Positions 21,627 through 31,856 of a DNA stretch of 49,919 nt are shown here, one piece after another. The position numbers were made by a program, and so were the translations under genes. This DNA is from Verrucomicrobiota bacterium (lineage in GTDB: Bacteria; Verrucomicrobiota; Verrucomicrobiia; Limisphaerales; UBA9464). Each line of letters opens with the position of its first letter. The stretch's first letter is position 1. The notes beneath the pieces were generated by a model that did not search any database, was not told the origin of the DNA, and was given only the letters and a program-made list of their open reading frames with translations. The DNA lies in contig JAYVTS010000019.1 of the NCBI GenBank assembly GCA_043788645.1, positions 1-49,919 of the forward strand, read 5' to 3'.

Positions 21627-22628
21627 TCAATGCCGTCCGGACGTTCCTTTGTCCCGCTGGAATACCTGACGAATCACTTCCTCAATCGGCACCTCTTCGA
21701 CCCCAAAATCTTTGACCGGAAGTTCGTCCAACAGCCCTTTCACGGCCGGGATTACCCGATCACGTTTCACTTTGAGTTTGATGCTCACGGCACTCCGTTC
21801 CACGACGTCGCCAAATCGAGTCAGATCGCATTCCGGCGCGGGAAGCGCCGGATCGAGGTTCATGGTCACCACTTTGAAATCGGCGAACCGATCTAACACC
21901 TCCTCCAACCGGCCATCGAAAAATACTCGGCCTTGATCAATGATAATGACCCGTTCACAAAGTTCTTGGATGTCAGCCATGTAGTGGCTCGTGAGCAAGA
22001 GCGTGGTCTTGCTTTCCCGATTGTGGCGACGGAGAAAATCGCGGACCACTTTAGCACTGACAACGTCGAGGCCGATCGTCGGCTCGTCGAGGAACAATAC
22101 GCGGGGTTGGTGTAAAAGTGCGGCAATCAGCTCGCACTTCATTCGTTCGCCGAGCGAAAGTTCGCGGACGGCGGTTGCCAGCTTGTCCTGAATCCCGAGC
22201 AGTTCGCTGAGTTCCCCGACGGTCCGTTCAAACTGGGTTTTTGGAAGATCGTAAATTTTGGCGTTGAGTTCGAGGGAATCCCGCGCCGGCAGATCCCACC
22301 ACAGTTGGTTTTTTTGGCCCATGAGGAGCGCGAACTGACGGCGGTAGGCATCCGCACGTTCCCACGGGACGTATCCGAGCACACGCGCTTGCCCCGAAGA
22401 GGGATGCAGGAGGCCGGACAACATTTTGAGGGTGGTGGTCTTCCCGGCCCCGTTCGGCCCGAGAAACCCGACAAATTCGCCTTCTTCCACCCGAAATGAA
22501 ACATCCTGCACGGCGAACTTGGTTTCGTATTTCCGGTGGAACAGTCCACGGACCGCACCGGCGAACCCGGGTTCCTTCTGGTAGGTCCGAAAACTCTTGG
22601 AGAGCTGGCTGACTTCAATGGCCGACAC
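21627..22628 (-). CDS. ABC transporter ATP-binding protein (ABC-2 / COG4586-like)
   Basis: Walker A GPNGAGKTTTLKML, signature LSLGERMKCEL, Walker B VLFLDEPTIGLD, and a ~90-aa C-terminal extension. GTG start. Confidence 0.92.
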   Translation of the reverse strand: MSAIEVSQLSKSFRTYQKEPGFAGAVRGLFHRKYETKFAVQDVSFRVEEGEFVGFLGPNGAGKTTTLKMLSGLLHPSSGQARVLGYVPWERADAYRRQFALLMGQKNQLWWDLPARDSLELNAKIYDLPKTQFERTVGELSELLGIQDKLATAVRELSLGERMKCELIAALLHQPRVLFLDEPTIGLDVVSAKVVRDFLRRHNRESKTTLLLTSHYMADIQELCERVIIIDQGRVFFDGRLEEVLDRFADFKVVTMNLDPALPAPECDLTRFGDVVERSAVSIKLKVKRDRVIPAVKGLLDELPVKDFGVEEVPIEEVIRQVFQRDKGTSGRH

Positions 22629-22709
22629 CCGCGGACCGTAGGCGTTACTCCCAAGGAGTGGAAGGAATGAACCACGGACAAAAGCGAATGAATGCGGAGG
22701 GGTTCCTGA

Positions 22710-23231
<522 letters not shown>

Positions 23232-23297
23232 GCGGATTCCTTCTGCTCCTCCGAGGGTCCCACTGGCCGCCGCCCAAATTCCACGTAGTATTGGCTG

Positions 23298-24386
23298 GTG
23301 TCGGATGATCGGAAACAGCGCGTTTTGGTGGGCATGAGCGGCGGAGTGGATTCCTCCGCGACGGCCGCCTTGTTGCAGGCAGAGGGATATGAGGTAATCG
23401 GCGTGACGCTGAAGCTTTGGCCACAAGACTGCGTTTCCCGGGCCGAAGATAAGTGTTGCGGTCCCCAGGCCGTCATGGACGCACGGAGCGTCTGCGCTCA
23501 ACTCGGTATTCCGTATTATTTGGTGGACGAAGCGGCGGAATTTCAAACCCGGGTCATCGGATATTTCGCGGCGGAATATCGGGCCGGTCGCACCCCAAAC
23601 CCGTGCGTGATGTGCAATCAGCACCTCAAGTTTGGAACGTTGCTCGATCGCGCCCGGCAACTCGGCTGTAATCTGATCGCAACCGGTCATTTCGCGCGGG
23701 TGGAGCGGACGCCTGCCGGTCGTGTCTTGTTGCGGCGCGGTCGAGATCTGCGCAAGGACCAAAGTTATTTTCTCTTCAGTCTGCGCCAGGAACAACTCGC
23801 CAGTGTTCTCTTTCCACTCGGTGAAAAGACCAAGGCGGACACCCGAGATGTGGCGCGCGCGTGTTCCCTCCGGACGGCAGATAAAGAGGAGAGTATGGAA
23901 ATCTGTTTTGTGCCCGACAACGACTACGGTGCCTTTTTGCAACAGGCCAAACTCGTCGAGAAACACACGGGCGAAATCGTCGATGCTACCGGCCTGGTTC
24001 TCGGGCACCATGATGGCATCGAATTTTACACCATCGGCCAACGGAAAGGCCTCGGGCTTTCCGCGCCCAAACCGCTTTACGTCGTGGAACTGGATGTGGA
24101 ACACAATCGAGTAGTGGTGGGCGAGGAGGCGCAACTGCAGTCCCGTACTTTTAGGGTGACTCAATGCAATTGGATTCCCTACGATCAGCCGCCGGAATCG
24201 TTCGAGTGTGTCGCGAAGATTCGATATAATCACCCCGGGGCCGCCGCGACGGTTGCGGTTACGCCCGGAGCGAATGATACGGCAGAGGTTCGTTTGCATG
24301 AACCCGGCCGAGCGGTGACACCTGGGCAGGCGTGTGTGTTTTATCAAGACGATTTGGTGGTAGGTGGTGGATGGATTTCGCGGTAG
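23298..24386 (+). CDS. mnmA: tRNA 2-thiouridine(34) synthase
   Basis: PP-loop VGMSGGVDSS, NPCVMCNQHLKFG, and a GTG start. 362 aa. Confidence 0.96.
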   Translation: MSDDRKQRVLVGMSGGVDSSATAALLQAEGYEVIGVTLKLWPQDCVSRAEDKCCGPQAVMDARSVCAQLGIPYYLVDEAAEFQTRVIGYFAAEYRAGRTPNPCVMCNQHLKFGTLLDRARQLGCNLIATGHFARVERTPAGRVLLRRGRDLRKDQSYFLFSLRQEQLASVLFPLGEKTKADTRDVARACSLRTADKEESMEICFVPDNDYGAFLQQAKLVEKHTGEIVDATGLVLGHHDGIEFYTIGQRKGLGLSAPKPLYVVELDVEHNRVVVGEEAQLQSRTFRVTQCNWIPYDQPPESFECVAKIRYNHPGAAATVAVTPGANDTAEVRLHEPGRAVTPGQACVFYQDDLVVGGGWISR

Positions 24387-24409
24387 GATCGTGTGACTAT
24401 TTACGGATC

Positions 24410-26935
24410 ATGAAATTTGTTCTAGTACCCGTCGCTGCGCTCCTGGTGTGCCTCCTGGCGGCCCCGAACCAGGCCGCCGCACCGCCCGATTTCAATCGGG
24501 ATGTTCGGCCGATTCTTTCGGATACCTGCTTTACGTGCCACGGGCCAGACGATGCGAAGCGCAAAGCCAGTCTCCGACTCGACGTGAAGGAAAATGCCTT
24601 GAAAGGGGGTAAATCCGGGCGAGCGGCCCTCATCCCAGGCAAGTTGGAAACAAGCGAACTGATTCGCCGGCTGACCTCCAGTGATCCCGAGGAAGTCATG
24701 CCACCGCCCGATTCGGGCAAGAAGATCACTCGACTCCAAATTGAAACGCTCAAACGTTGGGTGGCGGCAGGAGGAGAATACGCGGCCCATTGGGCTTTTG
24801 TCCCGCCGCAAAAGCCGGAGCCGCCGACGGTGACGAATTCTTCCTGGGCGCGATCACCGTTGGACCGATTCGTACTGGCCCGACTCGAGAGCGAAAATTT
24901 ATCGCCACGTCCGGAGGCAGATCGAGCCACCCTCCTTCGGCGCGTAGCGCTCGATCTTACCGGTCTTCCGCCGAGCCTTGAAGAGGTTGAAGCATTCGTC
25001 GCGGATGCGCGACCCGACGCGTACGAGCAAGCGGTCGAGCGCCTATTCCGTTCTCCGCGCCACGGCGAGCGGTTGGCGCTTGAATGGCTCGACACGGCCC
25101 GGTATGCGGATACGCATGGGTATCATATTGATTCGGCGCGAGACATGTCGGCATGGCGCGATTGGGTGATCGCAGCCTTCAATTCCAATCAACGATTCGA
25201 CGCGTTCACCCTTGAGCAATTAGCCGGCGATCTGTTGCCAGCGGCGACGGACAAGCAGCGTCTCGCGAGTGGTTTTAATCGGAATCACATGATCAATTAT
25301 GAAGGCGGAGCGATTCCGGAAGAATATCATGCGCTGTATCTTCATGATCGGGTCAATACGACAGCGACCGCGTGGCTCGGCCTCACCCTGGCGTGCGCTC
25401 AATGTCACGATCACAAGTACGATCCGATCACTCAACGCGACTACTATCGTTTCTATGCGTTTTTTAACACCATTGATGAACAAGGGCTCGATGGACGTTT
25501 CGGCAACGCCAAACCCCTGGTCAAACTGCCGACGCCTGAGCAGGGCGCGGAACTCGAAAAGCGTCGGGCGTCGGTCAAGGCGTTGGAGTCCAAACTCGAC
25601 GGCCCTTGGCCGGACGTCGATCAAGAACAAGCGCGATGGGAGACTGATTTCGGAACCAAGGCCCCGGCTGAACCGATCCTGAAGTTATTGAAAATCCCCG
25701 CCTTAGATCGGACGAGCGAACAACAGGCGGAGTTACGTCAGTACTATCGAAAAGACGTTTCACCCATCGCTAAAAAAACGAGGGATGAACTGAATAAAAC
25801 TCGACAAAAATTGGAAGAATATGATCGCGATTTGCCCAGTGTGATGGTGATGGGCGAGATGGCTCAACCGCGAGATACTTTTATTTTATTGCGTGGTAAT
25901 TATGATCAGAAAGGCGAGAAAGTAACCCCAGGGACACCCGCTTTTCTCCCGCCGCTCCCCGTGGGGGAATCGCCCACCCGGCTGACTTTGGCGCGTTGGT
26001 TGGTGTCGCCCGAAAATCCGCTGACCGCGCGCGTGGTGGTCAATCGATATTGGCAAATGTTCTTTGGCGTCGGGCTCGTTAAGTCGTCGGAAAATTTTGG
26101 TTCCCAGGCAGACTGGCCGTCGCACCCGGCGATGTTGGATTGGCTGGCAACCGAATTTGTCCGCAGCGGCTGGGACGTCCGCGCCTTACAACGTCTCATC
26201 GTGACGAGCGCGACCTATCGGCAGCGATCGGCGGCGCCCCGGGGCCAGATCCGTGAGGATCCGGAGAACCGACTCCTCGCCCGCGGCCCGCGCTTCCGGT
26301 TGTCCGCGGAGGCGGTGCGCGATTTGGCGCTTCAGGTGAGTGGTTTACTGAGTCCTCGCATTGGAGGCCCCAGCGTGTTGCCCTATCAACCCCGGGGCAT
26401 GTGGGAAGAACTGATGTCCAGAGAAGACAACGATTCCTTCACCGCCCAAAAATATGTGCAGGATCATGGCGAAAAATTATATCGCCGTTCCATGTACACG
26501 TTCTGGAAACGGACCTCGGCGCCCGCGAATTTGAGCACCTTTGACGCTCCGGATCGCCAGGTATGCACCGTCCGCCGCCCGCGCACAAATACGCCGTTGC
26601 AGGCGTTGGTGTTGCTCAACGATCCCACGTTTGTCGAGGCGGCCCGGCACTTGGCGGATCGAATGGTGGCGGCTGCCGTGGATGATCGACAACGCATCGC
26701 GCACGCCTTCCGCTTGGCTACCGCGCGGGCGCCAACCGAGGCTGAAACCGATTTGCTTTTGCACCTTTACCAAAGCCAACTCGCACGGTTTCGCGGTCAC
26801 GAAAACGAAGCCCGCCGTTTGCTCGCGGTGGGGGAATCGGCGTTGGGCCCGGTCGACGATCCGGTGTCCCTCGCGGCGTGGACCATGGTGGCGAGCGCCA
26901 TCCTGAATCTCGACGAGACCATTACCAAAGGGTGA
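24410..26935 (+). CDS. PSCyt1 (planctomycete cytochrome c) / DUF1549 / DUF1553 protein
   Basis: Signal peptide MKFVLVPVAALLVCLLAAPNQAAA. Haem-type CFTCHGPD. Internal CAQCHDHKYDPI. NRYWQMFFGVGLV and a DUF1553-like C-terminus. The ORF opens at 24332, but the ATG at 24410 gives the signal peptide. Confidence 0.88.
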   Translation: MKFVLVPVAALLVCLLAAPNQAAAPPDFNRDVRPILSDTCFTCHGPDDAKRKASLRLDVKENALKGGKSGRAALIPGKLETSELIRRLTSSDPEEVMPPPDSGKKITRLQIETLKRWVAAGGEYAAHWAFVPPQKPEPPTVTNSSWARSPLDRFVLARLESENLSPRPEADRATLLRRVALDLTGLPPSLEEVEAFVADARPDAYEQAVERLFRSPRHGERLALEWLDTARYADTHGYHIDSARDMSAWRDWVIAAFNSNQRFDAFTLEQLAGDLLPAATDKQRLASGFNRNHMINYEGGAIPEEYHALYLHDRVNTTATAWLGLTLACAQCHDHKYDPITQRDYYRFYAFFNTIDEQGLDGRFGNAKPLVKLPTPEQGAELEKRRASVKALESKLDGPWPDVDQEQARWETDFGTKAPAEPILKLLKIPALDRTSEQQAELRQYYRKDVSPIAKKTRDELNKTRQKLEEYDRDLPSVMVMGEMAQPRDTFILLRGNYDQKGEKVTPGTPAFLPPLPVGESPTRLTLARWLVSPENPLTARVVVNRYWQMFFGVGLVKSSENFGSQADWPSHPAMLDWLATEFVRSGWDVRALQRLIVTSATYRQRSAAPRGQIREDPENRLLARGPRFRLSAEAVRDLALQVSGLLSPRIGGPSVLPYQPRGMWEELMSREDNDSFTAQKYVQDHGEKLYRRSMYTFWKRTSAPANLSTFDAPDRQVCTVRRPRTNTPLQALVLLNDPTFVEAARHLADRMVAAAVDDRQRIAHAFRLATARAPTEAETDLLLHLYQSQLARFRGHENEARRLLAVGESALGPVDDPVSLAAWTMVASAILNLDETITKG

Positions 26936-27078
26936 AAGGATGAAACGGTGAAACGTTCCATGAACTGGAAGACTGGCCTGCGGAGACTCTCGCCCCACCG
27001 GGGCTCACTGGGATGGGCTCGGGTGGAACGAGGCTCCCAGCGAGCCTCACCTCATTAACACCGTCTGCTCTTTCTCAG

Positions 27079-28554
27079 ATGCCTATGAATGCTGATACTC
27101 AACTCCGATCTTTGTTGACGCGGCGAGCGTTCTTTGGTCGCACGGCCACCGGTCTGGGCGCCGCGGCGTTAGCCTCGTTGCTAGGTCCTCCCGCTGGGTC
27201 TGCCCAGGGGCCAGTGGTTGCCACCGGATCGCACGGGGTGATGACCGGATTGCATTTTGCGCCCAAAGCCAAACGTGTGATCTATCTTTTCCAATCCGGC
27301 GGTCCATCCCATATCGATCTCTTCGATTATAAGCCCGGGTTAAAACAACATCACGGCGAGGAACTGCCCGCGTCCATTCGCATGGGTCAGCGCCTGACGG
27401 GTATGACCAGCGGGCAAAAGGCTTTCCCGTGTGTCGCGCCGATGTTTTCTTGGAAACAACACGGGCAAAGTGGGGCGTGGCTCAGCGAATTGTTGCCCCA
27501 TTTGGGTCGCGTTGTGGATGACGTTTGTTTTGTGAAATCCATGTGGACCGAGGCGATCAATCACGACCCCGCCTGTACTTTTATCCAGACCGGCAGTCAG
27601 CAAGCGGGTCGGCCTGCCTTGGGGGCGTGGCTGAGCTATGGGATCGGCAGTGAGAATGCACAGCTTCCGGCCTACGTCGTCATGATTTCTCAAGGCAGCG
27701 GAAATAAGACGGATCAGCCGCTGAGCACGCGGTATTGGGGTAGTGGTTTTTTGCCGGGCGAACATCAAGGTGTCCGGTTTCGGTCCCAAGGCGATCCGGT
27801 ACTCTATCTTTCCGATCCACCGGGAGTGACCCGAGCGGCGCGGCGCGAGATGCTGGACACCGTGGGTGCGCTGAACCAATTGGCGGCCGAGAGTTTTGGG
27901 GACCCCGAGATTGACGCGCGCATTGCCCAATACGAAATGGCCTTTCGGATGCAAGCCAGCGTGCCGGAGCTGACTGATCTTTCGACCGAACCCGCGCACG
28001 TTCGGGAGGCTTACGGACTCAAGGACAATCCCGTGGACGGTGGGTTTGCGCGGAACTGTCTTTTAGCGCGACGAATGATCGAGCGAGGAGTGAGGTTCGT
28101 ACAATTGATGCATCGGGGTTGGGATCAACACGGGGATTTGCCCCGCCAAATTCGAGGCCAGGCCAGGGATGTGGATCGACCGAGTGCGGCGCTGCTGGAA
28201 GATTTGAAGCAACGAGGTTTGCTGGACGACACGTTGGTCATCTGGGGCGGGGAATTTGGGCGTACCGTTTATTCGCAGGGCGCATTGAGCGCGGACAATC
28301 ATGGGCGGGACCATCATGGGCGTTGTTTTACGTTGTGGATGGCGGGTGGCGGTGTGAAACCTGGCTATGTGCATGGTGAAACCGATGATTTTTGCTACAA
28401 CATTCTCCGTGACCCGGTGCATGTGCATGATTTCAATGCGACCCTCTTGCACCTACTGGGATTGGAGCACACGCAGCTCACCTACAAATTCCAGGGGCGG
28501 CATTTTCGGCTAACGGACGTACATGGAGAAGTAGTGAAAGCACTGTTGGCGTAG
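27079..28554 (+). CDS. DUF1501 (sulfatase-fold) protein with twin-arginine signal
   Basis: [22 protein letters not shown] Tat-like signal, [21 protein letters not shown] and GRDHH motifs. ATG at 27079. Confidence 0.9.
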   Translation: MPMNADTQLRSLLTRRAFFGRTATGLGAAALASLLGPPAGSAQGPVVATGSHGVMTGLHFAPKAKRVIYLFQSGGPSHIDLFDYKPGLKQHHGEELPASIRMGQRLTGMTSGQKAFPCVAPMFSWKQHGQSGAWLSELLPHLGRVVDDVCFVKSMWTEAINHDPACTFIQTGSQQAGRPALGAWLSYGIGSENAQLPAYVVMISQGSGNKTDQPLSTRYWGSGFLPGEHQGVRFRSQGDPVLYLSDPPGVTRAARREMLDTVGALNQLAAESFGDPEIDARIAQYEMAFRMQASVPELTDLSTEPAHVREAYGLKDNPVDGGFARNCLLARRMIERGVRFVQLMHRGWDQHGDLPRQIRGQARDVDRPSAALLEDLKQRGLLDDTLVIWGGEFGRTVYSQGALSADNHGRDHHGRCFTLWMAGGGVKPGYVHGETDDFCYNILRDPVHVHDFNATLLHLLGLEHTQLTYKFQGRHFRLTDVHGEVVKALLA

Positions 28555-28615
28555 TGCCAGTTTGTTGGGCTCCGGTTCGTCGCGGCTCGGAAGGACCGGC
28601 TCCACGAGTCCCGAA

Positions 28616-28648
28616 CTGCCTTTCAACTGCCTTTCAACTGCCTTTCAA
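28616..28648. repeat. Perfect 11-bp tandem repeat (CTGCCTTTCAA)x3 upstream of tRNA-Asn
   Basis: Read directly at 28616-28648. Confidence 0.95.
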
Positions 28649-28791
28649 AAGGCGTGGACTTGCGGCGTGCCTCCACCGCGATGAAACGACAACGAAGAAC
28701 CACCGGGTGCTGCACCCTCTGGAGTTTTATTCGGTGGAAGTTGCCGTTGACGAGCGGGAAACTGGGCTGTTAACCTCCCGACCTTCTGAGT

Positions 28792-28866
28792 TCCAGAGTA
28801 GCTCAATGGTAGAGCACGCGGCTGTTAACCGTGGGGTTGTAGGTTCAAGTCCTACCTCTGGAGCCA
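28792..28866 (+). tRNA. tRNA-Asn (anticodon GTT), CCA encoded
   Basis: Manual cloverleaf: acceptor TCCAGAG/CTCTGGA, D-arm GCTC-AATGGTA-GAGC, anticodon arm CGCGG-CTGTTAA-CCGTG, variable GGGTT, T-arm GTAGG-TTCAAGT-CCTAC, discriminator G, CCA. Confidence 0.95.
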
Positions 28867-28869
28867 ATT
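28839..28869. repeat. attL core: 31-bp direct repeat (T-arm to 3' end of tRNA-Asn plus 3 nt)
   Basis: gtaggttcaagtcctacctctggagccaatt is identical to 33784-33814. Confidence 0.95.
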
Positions 28870-28923
28870 TTGAGGCCTCCTTTTCACGGGGGTTTTGTGC
28901 AAAAAGTTCTCCAAACACCCCGG

Positions 28924-28947
28924 ACTGTCAGCAAAACTGTCAGCAAA
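28924..28947. repeat. 12-bp tandem repeat (ACTGTCAGCAAA)x2 between attL and the integrase remnant
   Basis: Read directly at 28924-28947. Confidence 0.9.
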
Positions 28948-29048
28948 CGCACTCACGCGCCGGAATTCCGGTAAATTTGAGCGCGCTCGCTCACGGATCG
29001 CTGACACTCAGGAGCTTCGTTCCGGTAGCCTCAAAAGAGACCGGAAAA

Positions 29049-29874
29049 ATGAAAAACCGTTACCGCATGTTCCGCCGTGGCAGCCGTTACTACCTGCACG
29101 ATGGCGAAACCCCCAAGTTCGAATCGCCGCGCGATTACTTTGCGGGAACACCAACTCATCATTTCGACGGAACGGAACATCGAACGACGCCTTTACTACG
29201 AACTGTTATGGGACACTGGCGGCAGCCAGACCGACGTCGTCATGCTGACCGCGGAAAACTGTGATTGGAAAACCCGGGTATTGAGCTTTCAACGTAAGAA
29301 GCTCAACGGCGACGCGCCGCCCGCTCAATTGTCCATCGGACCGAAAATGGAAGCAGTCTTGCGGCAACTTTCGTCGGCTGGACCCCTATTTCCGAAGTGG
29401 TGCCAGACCAGAGACAAAGACCGTTCCGCAGAATTTCGCCTCCGCTGTAACCTGTTAAAGATCAATTGCATAGGATTCAATTCCTACCGATATGCCTGGG
29501 CGGAGCGCGCGTTTGCGGCAGGGTATCCCGAGCGGTTTGCCATGGCGAACCTGGGACATTCCAGCCGGGCGGTGCATCGATCGTACGCGAAAAAGGCATT
29601 CGTGATCTGTCCCCCCTGGAATGCTTTTCGGTCGGACAACAACCGTCGACTAACAAACCTGCAATGCTCGTTGAAGCCTGCGGAACAATTTGATTCGGGC
29701 GTTTCCGGGTCAAGGGGTGTCGCGGATTTCGCCGGTCGTGGACGGTTGACAGCCGATAACAATTTTGGTATAAACAAGCGAGGAGTAACGAGTGCCTCAA
29801 ACGCGAATCATCTTTTACAAAGACCTTACCGGAGGGGTGCCCGCCCTGGAGTGGCTGGCCGACCTCAGAATTAA
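29049..29874 (+). pseudogene. Tyrosine recombinase/integrase, disrupted (N-terminal stub and catalytic domain in different frames)
   Basis: The ATG at 29049 gives MKNRYRMFRRGSRYYLHDGETPKFES, then runs out of frame. The +1 frame from about 29128 gives AITLREHQLII...YYELLWDTGGSQTDVVML...NSYRYAWAERAFAAGYPERFAMANLGHSSRAVHRSYAK, a C-terminal catalytic-domain pattern with the terminal H..Y. No core-binding domain lies between the two parts. Confidence 0.7.
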
Positions 29875-29884
29875 CGGGCCCTGA
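29792..29884 (+). pseudogene. Truncated Gp49/HigB-like (RelE/ParE superfamily) toxin, N-terminal 30 codons only
   Basis: AGGAG 6 nt upstream of the GTG at 29792. VPQTRIIFYKDLTGGVPALEWLADLRINGP then a stop. It resembles the N-terminus of phage Gp49-like toxins that pair with XRE antitoxins. The partner gene starts 43 nt later. Confidence 0.55.
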
Positions 29885-29926
29885 AGAGAAAACGTTTATT
29901 CGAATCAAAACCGGAGGCGCACACCT

Positions 29927-30292
29927 ATGCTCAAGATTGAAAAATCAAATCGAACCACCGACGCCGTTGCCATCATGGAGGGAATGATTGGCAACGATCC
30001 CGACGCTCGTCGCGCCGTGGAAGAGGCGCGTGCGAATGTAGCGGTGGCCCAACTCATCTACGAAATGCGCGTCAAGGCAGGCCTAACCCAATCCGCCCTG
30101 GCGGAACTTATTGGAACGAAACAGCCGGTCATTGCCCGTTTGGAGGATGCTGACTACCAAGGCCACTCCCTCTCGATGCTTCAGAGAATTGCCACTGCGC
30201 TCAGTCTCCGGATTGAAATCACGGTTGCCCCCTTGGCTTCCAAAGTAGCCAAGCGAAGCCGTCGGCGATTGGCCACCCACGGTGCCAAATAA
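29927..30292 (+). CDS. XRE-family helix-turn-helix antitoxin-like protein (HigA type)
   Basis: GGAGG 9 nt upstream of the ATG. HTH MRVKAGLTQSALAELIGTKQPVIARLED. 121 aa. Confidence 0.82.
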   Translation: MLKIEKSNRTTDAVAIMEGMIGNDPDARRAVEEARANVAVAQLIYEMRVKAGLTQSALAELIGTKQPVIARLEDADYQGHSLSMLQRIATALSLRIEITVAPLASKVAKRSRRRLATHGAK

Positions 30293-30627
30293 GGCGACGG
30301 TATGCTCCGTTCGAGTTTCGGCAGAGCTACCTCACAAATGCGTGCTCCGCCGCAAGGGTAGAGATTTGGTTGATTGAAGTAGCCGCGTAGCGGGCCTGGG
30401 TGATGCTTCAAACGCGACTTTGAGGACCCTCTGCCGGTGTCTACGGTCGTCGCTTTGCCTCCGTCGGCTGGTTTCGCTACGACACGCCGTTCCCCCACGG
30501 GTCGCTCTTTGGAGAAACGTCCTTAACGTTATTACGCCTGGGAAAAATGGCGCGGATCTTGAGGATATTTCTGAAAGCAGGATTTGCCGTCGATTGAATA
30601 GCCTCCTTTGCAATTTCCTCTATGACG

Positions 30628-31752
30628 TTAGCAGCTGCCCGTCCTATAAGTTATATAGTTCTGACCCTTTTTTGATGGTATATAGTGAAATTGACCGCTA
30701 TTATTTTTTTTAATATGTCCCTTAGCCAAGGATACCGACTCTGATTGGAGCTTCTGAATGCCCTTGGAATACCGTTTACTCGAGGGCCTTTCATCCAGAT
30801 TATATTGAAGTTCGTAGCGATCTGAATGCAAAGATGACCAGTAAATTTTTACGTGGTTGTAGCTTGGATCCTCGAGCAAATTCCAGATCGCCGAAACTCC
30901 AGATATCGAAATGTCTGTCCCAAATAAAACAGATTGGAGCGCGGTAGCAGGTAAGGTTACGGCGTCATTATAAGTAGCAGAATCACAATCACACTGTAAT
31001 TTGTTTTGTATTTTGCATTCGCGGCATGACGTACATTTTACATAATTGGGTGAGCTACGAAATTTATCGAGGTCATAGATCATTCGAACTTCTTTTTCGT
31101 ACGCCCAAGCCGGCGACTTGCTAGTAAGGAATGCCAGAACCCTATCGGTTTCAATTTCTTGAAATTCACTCTCGGTAAGGTAAAGGCCACCCTCAGGATC
31201 CTGGTGGAAAATCCGGCCGCTATCTTTGATGATATTACAATTTACACTCGGATGTGCATCATAAAAACTCGGTGCAAAACTTTTCCTACTTAAATCGTAG
31301 GCGACCGGAAAGCCGCCAGCCTTAATTCCCGTATCAAATTTTCCGGAGTCGAAGCCAAGACAAACCCCCTGAAACGAGTCCGCATAATGAGCCCATAATA
31401 GCGTATTTGATTCGTTGGATCCAGTTGGATGATTGGGATCCATAATTCCCGTTGCGAAACTCAGCACGCGATATTTTTTATGCAGAAGCGCGAATGCTTT
31501 CTGATTGCGGATATCTGCTACGCCTCTATGTTGGTCAACACTTGTTAAGTCTGGTTTATTGGTCGGCAATGGGCTTATCGATTGATTGCGAGCCAGTTGC
31601 TCTTCGTGCGAGCGTTTTTCGTGATGTTCTGTCCAAGCTGGTCGCATTTCAAACGGGTCGTTTAAATCGAGTGGACTTGTAATATATAGACGCTTCGTCT
31701 CTATAATGGATTCTCCGACTGTCGCGTTGCAGAATTTGTAGACCAGGCTCAT
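30628..31752 (-). CDS. DUF2971-like protein with an internal Cys cluster
   Basis: N-terminal LVYKFCN...LYITSPLDLNDPFE matches the DUF2971 hallmark (YKY...fs.p..fNDPfE). Cys cluster CTSCRECKIQNKLQCDC. The gene is clearly more AT-rich than its surroundings. ATG at 31752. Confidence 0.75.
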   Translation of the reverse strand: MSLVYKFCNATVGESIIETKRLYITSPLDLNDPFEMRPAWTEHHEKRSHEEQLARNQSISPLPTNKPDLTSVDQHRGVADIRNQKAFALLHKKYRVLSFATGIMDPNHPTGSNESNTLLWAHYADSFQGVCLGFDSGKFDTGIKAGGFPVAYDLSRKSFAPSFYDAHPSVNCNIIKDSGRIFHQDPEGGLYLTESEFQEIETDRVLAFLTSKSPAWAYEKEVRMIYDLDKFRSSPNYVKCTSCRECKIQNKLQCDCDSATYNDAVTLPATALQSVLFGTDISISGVSAIWNLLEDPSYNHVKIYWSSLHSDRYELQYNLDERPSSKRYSKGIQKLQSESVSLAKGHIKKNNSGQFHYIPSKKGQNYITYRTGSC

Positions 31753-31856
31753 AGTGCTCAAAGCATCACAACTCAGTGCCCAATCTGACTACCTTTTGTG
31801 AGTCGCATGGCCGGAGTATTTAGGTTCCTGTTGATTGGACCACCTCGAGCTAGGGT

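Noticed and set aside
28554-29264. 236-aa plus-strand ORF spanning the tRNA
   Set aside because: It reads straight through tRNA-Asn and the tandem repeats. Only its last ~70 codons, from the ATG at 29049, are meaningful, as the integrase N-terminal stub.
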